NCBI GenBank assembly: GCA_965262505.1
Contig: CBDHFM010000018.1
Span: 1,173 to 65,172, forward strand
Origin: Vicinamibacterales bacterium
GTDB lineage: Bacteria; Acidobacteriota; Vicinamibacteria; Vicinamibacterales; UBA2999
Length of the DNA: 64,000 nt
Direction of reading: 5' to 3'
Part shown: in pieces, positions 57,974 to 64,000 of the stretch
How the letters are laid out: every line of letters begins with the position of its first letter
Position numbering within the stretch: position 1 is the stretch's first letter
The notes under the pieces: generated by a model
What the model was told of the DNA's origin: nothing
Databases searched by the model: none
The model's input: the letters and a program-made list of their open reading frames with translations, nothing else
Position numbers and translations under genes: made by a program

Positions 57974-59124
57974 TCAGTGCCCCACCACCACCACCGTCAC
58001 CGGGGGGAGTGCGGCAGTCCCGACGCCGAACAATAAACCCGTGATCAGACCGCACCACCGAGTGCGGGCCGCCCACTGATTCGCAGGTCGATTCGCAGGC
58101 AGTTTCCCTTCATGCAGCCACGCCTCCAACCGCAGGATCTCTACATCAAAACTTTTCGCGCTTGTAGAAACTGGAGATCGTGCTGAACCTGCGCCGGGAG
58201 TGGGCACGGAACGCGCGTGGTGCTCGCGCTCAAGGGGGAGAGTATCCGGTTTCGGCGGGATCGTGTCGCCTGAACTGGAAGACACTCTCCGGGAGATCCT
58301 GTCTGACGGAGAAACGTGGTCTGGCACACCAGTGCCACGTGCTGCTGCTGATGCAGATGCTCGCGGACGGCGACCCGTTGCCGACGCTTTCGGATTTGCT
58401 GGAGGAGTATGGTACGGGACGCGACCTGGCAGTGGCACTGTGACCGAGACCATACAGGTCTAAATAACGGGATCCGATCTGAATGTCCATACCTACACCG
58501 ACCTGCGGAAAGACTCGATACCACCTGTGCGGCGAGTTGTCCACGCACCGCTGTTCTTCCCCCTCCGCGAAGTCCACACGGTACCGTCCGTCTGGCTCTC
58601 GCTGAACCGGTTCACACCCAGCCACGCAGGAACGGTCCGTGAACTTCCAGTACCCGAGTCCGAGAAGTAGGTGTGGAGACACCCGCGCATGCTCCAACAA
58701 TCGCCAGTACAGCGCCGCAACGCTGACCTGTCCCACACAGGTTCACACGACGGCGCGCTGTACGGTGATTGTCTGCCCCTGACGTTCTTCTCCGCGGAAA
58801 TCTTGGTAAATGAGGTCTCGCCGGCGGTTGTGCACGTAGTCCACCTGGAGGCGGAACTTTTTCGTTCCCCACGTCACCCAACCGCCGGGCGGTGTACAGC
58901 AGGACTCCCTGTGCACGTACACCGTGAACAGCGGCGAGACGCTGATGCCCACGTCGCCCCACGACGGCGTCGTGGTTCCCTGCGCGTGGACAGCCCGCGC
59001 CGCCGCGCTACCCGCCCGCGCCGTGGCAATCAGGACAAGCCGGATCGTTAACGCGCCGCCGCGCCGTAGGCTGCGACCGGAGGGGGGGTCTCTCATCTTT
59101 CCTTGTAGCTGGCGTCCTCAAGCA

Positions 59125-59346
59125 ATGCTCGCCTACAATCCAGAGAATATGACCGAAGACGAACGAGAACACCTGCTCAGCACGGTGGGCCAGGCGCACG
59201 CGGGCCTGTCCGAGGTGGCTCTCAAGTTGCGTTTGGGATTGCCACCGAAAACACCGGTGCTCAAGACCGCGATCAAGGCCGAGCGGGTGGCCTTCGATCT
59301 CAAGCGCTCGCTTCAACGGCTCGAGGTGAAGGACGTTAACCTATAG
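59125..59346 (+). CDS. Hypothetical helical protein
   Basis: ORF directly upstream of 59354. Confidence 0.55.
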   Translation: MLAYNPENMTEDEREHLLSTVGQAHAGLSEVALKLRLGLPPKTPVLKTAIKAERVAFDLKRSLQRLEVKDVNL

Positions 59347-59353
59347 TGAACAC

Positions 59354-60079
59354 ATGCAAGATCGATACGCTGGGGATGTCGGGGACTTCGGCAAGTTCGC
59401 ACTGCTCCGCGCTCTCTGTAGAGGCAGGTCCCTCGGTGTCTGCTGGTACCGCACGGACGCCGCTGAAGAAAAGAACAACGACGGTCGGCACTTGGACTAC
59501 CTCCGAAAGAACGAGCGGTTCGAGTACCTGGACCCTGAGGTCTTCAACGGCCTGAAGAGATTCGTCGAGTCGTTTAGGGTCGATCCACGTCGCCGATCAG
59601 TAGCCCACCTTGAGAAGTTGGGACTGCTTCCGGATACGGCTCGTTTTCATAAGGCTCTGTGCCCGACAGGCGCGGCGAACAGTGACCAGCGCCGAGCATG
59701 GGCGACGGGGATGACTGAGGTGATGGACGGCGCTCAGCTCGTCTTCCTTGACCCGGACAATGGACTGGAAACCGCGTCGCCTAACCACAAGAGCGTTCTG
59801 TTCTCTGAATTGAAATCCCTGAGATCGCCCAGCCGGGCACTACTCTTTTACCAACACCAGACTCGGCGCAAAGGTGGTGCTCGCTCGGAATCCGATCACA
59901 TCCGCAGTCGCCTTGAGAGGCACACGGACAGTCGTGATGTCGTGGCGGTTCGCCTCAAGCCCTACTCGTCCCGCTTCTACTTTCTGCTCGACGCTGATAA
60001 GGCGCTGCGTGACAGACTAAGAGCCTTTGCCGATCGCTGGTCCTCTGAGTGCGAGCCGTTCTTATCGCATCGGTCTTGA
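59354..60079 (+). CDS. Hypothetical protein, possible SAM-MTase-like fold
   Basis: MQDRYAGDVGDFGK and LVFLDPDNG motifs. Confidence 0.7.
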   Translation: MQDRYAGDVGDFGKFALLRALCRGRSLGVCWYRTDAAEEKNNDGRHLDYLRKNERFEYLDPEVFNGLKRFVESFRVDPRRRSVAHLEKLGLLPDTARFHKALCPTGAANSDQRRAWATGMTEVMDGAQLVFLDPDNGLETASPNHKSVLFSELKSLRSPSRALLFYQHQTRRKGGARSESDHIRSRLERHTDSRDVVAVRLKPYSSRFYFLLDADKALRDRLRAFADRWSSECEPFLSHRS

Positions 60080-60166
60080 CCTCATCTTGGGCAACGTAAA
60101 ACACTTCTGGGAATTCGCCCTCAAGCGCGCTGTGAGTCTCCGGTGTGATCCGAGATGACAGCCTGC

Positions 60167-60580
60167 CAGGATGCTGAAGAAGTCGGTGCAATGGACGATA
60201 TCAGACTCATGGCAACGAACCGTGCCGGGGTCTCCTGTGCGGCACCGGCGGCCACCAGTTGCCCGGGAAGAGTCCGCCGCCGTTAACCCGTGCCGTTAGG
60301 GACACGTCGCCACGAGGGGGCCGCATTCGCACGAGGTTGTAGGCGGTCGCCGCGAAGGTCACGATCCAATCGACGACCGCCCCGGCCCGATGGCGTAGCG
60401 TCCGCAGTCCGCCAACCGTCTTCAGCTAGCCGAAGACCTGCTCGACCAACGTCCGCTTCCGTTGACTGACGTGGTAACCGGGATGCCGGGTGGTCCGGCC
60501 GTCGATGGCGCTGTAGCGGATCTTCTGCGCAATGTGCGGGGTCACCGCCAGCGCCTGGACCTCGTCGACGAAGCGCGTTA
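60167..60580 (-). mobile_element. IS5-family relic (3' part)
   Basis: RHPGYHVSQRKRTLVEQVFG*LKTVGGLR...AATAYNLVR; end motif gacttcttcagcatcctg. Confidence 0.75.
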
Positions 60581-60685
60581 AAACGATCACACGGCGCGCG
60601 CCGGTGTTAACCGAGGTTCGCCGAGGCGGGAAGGTCGTCGACCCAGAGTCGCTCCTGCGGCATGAGAATCGACACGACGAGCGCC

Positions 60686-61606
60686 TTACAGGTCTTCCCC
60701 GGAGAAATAATCCTCGTCGATCCGGTTGACCGTATACCGGATCCGGGTGCGTACGCCGATCTCGTGGACAACCATGAGACGCGCGAGTTCCGCCCCGTCG
60801 ATCAGGACGATGCGCTTCGGACTCTTGGCCACATAGTCCGTCGCTGACCGCGTGAACCCGGCGGTGGTCACGAACACGCCCTTGGTCGTGTTCGCCGCAT
60901 CGATCGCCCCGGCGAAGTTCCGAAGGTCGCCTTCACTCACGGTGGTGCCGGCGGCGTATTTCTTGGCCTGGAGATACACCTCATCCAGCCCGAGCGCGTC
61001 TTCCCGGATCGTGCCGTCGATGCCTCCGTCACCCGTCCGCCCCGTCACCTGGCCTCGCGCGGCGTCGCCCCCGCCATAGCCCATGGCGATCAGGAGATCC
61101 ACCACCACGCGTTCGAGAAACGCAGAGGGCTCGGCCCGCACTCGATCCAGGAGATCGGCCTCCAGCGATTGATGTAATTGCGCGGCGGCATGGTCCAATG
61201 CTTCCTCCGGTGTATCCACCGCATCGTCCGGCCGCGTGGGTGCGGAATCCTGGTTCTTCGACGGCGCCTTCCTCCACGCGACATACGCTGGGTAGTGACG
61301 AAGGAGTTGCATGTCGATCCGCGTCGGCGATTGGACCAGCAGTTGTTCGCCGGCCGCCGCCAGCCGGTAGACGCCACGCTGGACTTTTTCCACCAAACCA
61401 GATCTCTGCATATGCACGAGTGCCCAGCCAACCCGATTCGCGAACTTTGTCACCTTGCCGCTGGGCAGCAACTCGTGTAACGCCTCGGGCGTGCGCCCTT
61501 CGGCGGCCGCGACACGCTGGCGCACCTCGACCACCGACGTGTCCGCGCCGCCAGCGAACGCCGTGAGGGTTGAGAGCATGAGCGATTGAAAGTCAGGGAC
61601 TGGCAA
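60686..61606 (-). CDS. mrr: Mrr-family modification-dependent restriction endonuclease
   Basis: MPVPDFQSLM N-terminus; GDGGIDG...YLQAKKY; GVFVTTAGF. Confidence 0.92.
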   Translation of the reverse strand: MPVPDFQSLMLSTLTAFAGGADTSVVEVRQRVAAAEGRTPEALHELLPSGKVTKFANRVGWALVHMQRSGLVEKVQRGVYRLAAAGEQLLVQSPTRIDMQLLRHYPAYVAWRKAPSKNQDSAPTRPDDAVDTPEEALDHAAAQLHQSLEADLLDRVRAEPSAFLERVVVDLLIAMGYGGGDAARGQVTGRTGDGGIDGTIREDALGLDEVYLQAKKYAAGTTVSEGDLRNFAGAIDAANTTKGVFVTTAGFTRSATDYVAKSPKRIVLIDGAELARLMVVHEIGVRTRIRYTVNRIDEDYFSGEDL

Positions 61607-61648
61607 TGAGTCTTCCTCCGTTCTGTCTACACCACCGGGGGCTAGACG

Positions 61649-61880
61649 TCACGCGGACGACTCGACGGGAGCCACCACGATCGCCCCGATCCGTCTGGCG
61701 GTGTCGGTGAAATATTGGATTTCCTCTGGCGTGAGCGGACGGCCGAGGATGGTGCGTTCGCGGCAGGACAGCCATTTTTTGAGCACCTGGTAGCCACCGA
61801 GTTTATAGGTCCACACCTGGGCGGGGATGTTGCGCCAGAAGGTGCGGGCGTTCAGGTAGATGTCGAACGTGCGCGGTATT
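61649..61880 (-). pseudogene. C-terminal relic of a type ISP R-M enzyme
   Basis: FWRNIPAQVWTYKLGGYQVLKKWLS. Confidence 0.7.
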
Positions 61881-61889
61881 GTTTGCCAC

Positions 61890-62210
61890 CGACAGGCCCG
61901 TGAACGTCGCCGCCTCGTTGCCGGCCGCATCCTGGATCGCGGGACTCGATCCGTCCTCCGGACCGAAGTAGCTCAACATCACAGCGTCCATGACCGCGAC
62001 CGGCGAGGCCAGATGCAGGAACACGTGGTCGGAGTGTACCTCCACGTAGTCGACGGTCCGTTCCTCCGCAGAGCCTCCCCGCGGAGTGACGCGGACCTGG
62101 AAGTCTGTCGCTGCCGGGGTTGACCCTGAATCGATCTCCTCGTCGTATTCCAACCATAGAATCCACGCTTCCACTGCGTACCCCACCAAGGTAGGTTCGG
62201 TGGTATCGCT
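61890..62210 (-). pseudogene. SwmB-like repeat fragment of a large surface protein
   Basis: DTTEPTL...LEYDEEID...PAATDFQV...LSY...IQDAAGNEAATF...VANNT. Confidence 0.7.
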
Positions 62211-62249
62211 CTGGGTATGCGCCTTCGGTACGAGAGACATTTCCAGATC

Positions 62250-62530
62250 GTGTACCGGTCGTTGGCGCCGCGGGTCGACAGGTTCTGCACGGTGTTGACC
62301 AGGTGGGCGAGGTTGCGGCCGAGGCGGTCGAGCTTCCAGACGACGAGTACGTCGCCCGTCCGGAGCGCGCGCACGCAGCTGTCGAGTCCCGTGCGGTCGT
62401 CGCGTACGCCAGACGCGAAGTCGTGGTAGACGTTGACGGCGTCGACGCCCTCGGCCCGCAGCGCGTCGCGCGGCGGGTCCAGCGACTGGGAGCCGTCCGC
62501 CTTTGAGACGCGAGCGTAGCCGATCAGCAT
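62250..62530 (-). pseudogene. Truncated serine resolvase
   Basis: MLIGYARVSKADGSQ...VWKLDRLGRNLAHL, then fused to unrelated DNA. Confidence 0.85.
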
Positions 62531-62556
62531 GTGTCGTAAACGGTCGTTTGCGACAC
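62531..62556. other. res-like palindrome of the second resolvase
   Basis: gtgtcgtaaacg-gt-cgtttgcgacac. Confidence 0.55.
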
Positions 62557-62959
62557 GCAGGCGAGGGCGCCGTCCGGCACGCGTGCGCGGCCAGACGAAA
62601 CGGAACCCCCGGCGGTATTCTTCCGTTGCGCGTCTGCACCGTCCTGCCACGCGGTGACCCGTTTGTGGCCGTACGAACCCGCGACGGCCACGCGCATGCC
62701 GACGCCGGCGCTGAGCGGGTCCGGTGTCAGCCCCAGCATTCGCCCCTTGCTCCTCTTGCCGGCCACGCGGCAGCCGGTTGTGTGCCGCACGGGATTCCCG
62801 ACGGCCGATCGGATTCAGGCTTCGGTAGCCATGCCGAGGCGGGTATCCAACGGAAGATTCGCGTTCCACGTCAGACCATGGAAACGACTCGTCGTGGCCG
62901 CCAGGTTCTGGCGAGTGTCGTCCACGTTGGGCTGCCAGAGCCGGCGCTGAGGCTGCCAC

Positions 62960-63020
62960 CGTGGCGTGGCTCGGCGCGCTCAGCGTCACCGTGAGGGTCT
63001 CGTCCGGCTCGTCCACCGCG
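62960..63020 (-). pseudogene. Calx-beta-like fragment
   Basis: DAVDEPDETLTVTLSAP. Confidence 0.55.
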
Positions 63021-64000
63021 TCAGAACTTGAACTTGACCTCGCCCACCACGGTCCGCCGGAGCAGGTCGCCGAAGATGTGCTGCTGAACGGTCTGGTTCA
63101 ACAGGTTGGTCACCTTCACCGTCGTCGTGACGGCGCCACCCTGCCACTTCACCCCGACGCTGGCGTTCACGGTCGCGTACCCATCGGTGTAGCCGTGATA
63201 CCCCGCGGTGAGGACGTCGCTCCAGAATGCGTCGGTGGCGGCGTTCACCGAGGCGGAACCCAGGAGCCGCGACCCGTTCCACGTCACCCCGGCGTTGAAT
63301 CGGTGCGTCGGGGGCAGGTTGAGCTCCGCCGGCAGATGCGGGTTCGGATCGTCCAGAATCTCCGGTTCGGACTGCCACGAGTAGTTGATGGACGCGGCCA
63401 CCGCCCGTGAGACCTGCTGCTCGAGCCACAGCTCCACGCCGGTCTGGCGGACCGGACCCAGATTCAGGTAGGTGAACGCGGTGCGCGGCAGAAAGATCCC
63501 GCGCTGCGCCATGAGGGCCAGCACGACCGGCGGGAGCCGCCAGCCGGGCGGCGGATTGGCCGCGGTGTACGGGTCGAGTGACCGCGGCAGGGAGACGAAG
63601 TTGATGGAATCGTCGCGGCGGTTGACGTAGAACGAGCCGCCGAGCGTCGTCCCGCGCGGGAGCACGCCCGCGTAGCTCACTTCATACGCCGTCAGCGATT
63701 CTTCCGTCAGCTCGTCCTGAGACATCCCGCCGATCGGGATGTCGCTGCCGACCCCGGCGACGACAAGCGGAAACGGTTGGGCGACCGCCGGCTGCAGCAC
63801 CGGCGGCAGGAGCGGCGCGAGGGCGCTCAGGTCCACAGGACTAACGATACTGGTCTGCAGCGCGTTATTAATGACCGACGGCGCGCGGAAGGCCCGGTTG
63901 TACGACAGCGTGATGGAGTGATCCTCGGCCGGCTTGACGAGGAACGCGATCCGCGGCGAAACCTTCGGATTGGAGAAGTGGCCGAACTTGTCCACGCGCC
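63021..64000 (-). CDS. TonB-dependent receptor, C-terminal part (runs off the window)
   Basis: Beta-barrel pattern, VTNLLN...C-terminal Phe. Confidence 0.85.
   Translation of the reverse strand, partial: RVDKFGHFSNPKVSPRIAFLVKPAEDHSITLSYNRAFRAPSVINNALQTSIVSPVDLSALAPLLPPVLQPAVAQPFPLVVAGVGSDIPIGGMSQDELTEESLTAYEVSYAGVLPRGTTLGGSFYVNRRDDSINFVSLPRSLDPYTAANPPPGWRLPPVVLALMAQRGIFLPRTAFTYLNLGPVRQTGVELWLEQQVSRAVAASINYSWQSEPEILDDPNPHLPAELNLPPTHRFNAGVTWNGSRLLGSASVNAATDAFWSDVLTAGYHGYTDGYATVNASVGVKWQGGAVTTTVKVTNLLNQTVQQHIFGDLLRRTVVGEVKFKF

Noticed and set aside
56693-58036. Long plus-strand Arg/Pro-rich ORFs here and across 39-57 kb
   Set aside because: These are antisense shadows of minus-strand genes in high-GC DNA.

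Overview
High-GC (probably diderm, possibly Acidobacteria) window that is almost entirely accessory DNA: a mosaic of integrated-plasmid and conjugative-element pieces mixed with defence genes. From left to right: (1) a RepA_C-type replicon with a hicBA toxin-antitoxin pair and an iteron origin; (2) a decayed second element with a virD4/virB11 relic, a Cre-like tyrosine recombinase, an origin module, an SSB-like gene, a DUF2442/DUF4160 pair, parA/parG and a dif-like site; (3) a defence block with a GmrSD-type nuclease, a complete type I-E CRISPR-Cas system with a 3-spacer array, and a stand-alone DEDDh exonuclease; (4) a TonB-dependent receptor and a serine resolvase set among three related res-like sites; (5) a ~20 kb minus-strand conjugation region (virB2-3-4-9-9'-10-5-[eex]-6-8-X-virD4-virB11, ardC, nuclease). 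This region has no recognisable HUH relaxase but carries two winged-helix, Replic_Relax-like orphans, and its coupling protein has a triplicated N-terminus; (6) Mrr, an MTase-like orphan and many gene relics. Two related two-ORF IS3/IS481-like elements are present, with 4-bp and 15-bp target duplications. Family calls come from motif recognition by eye; no searches were run.
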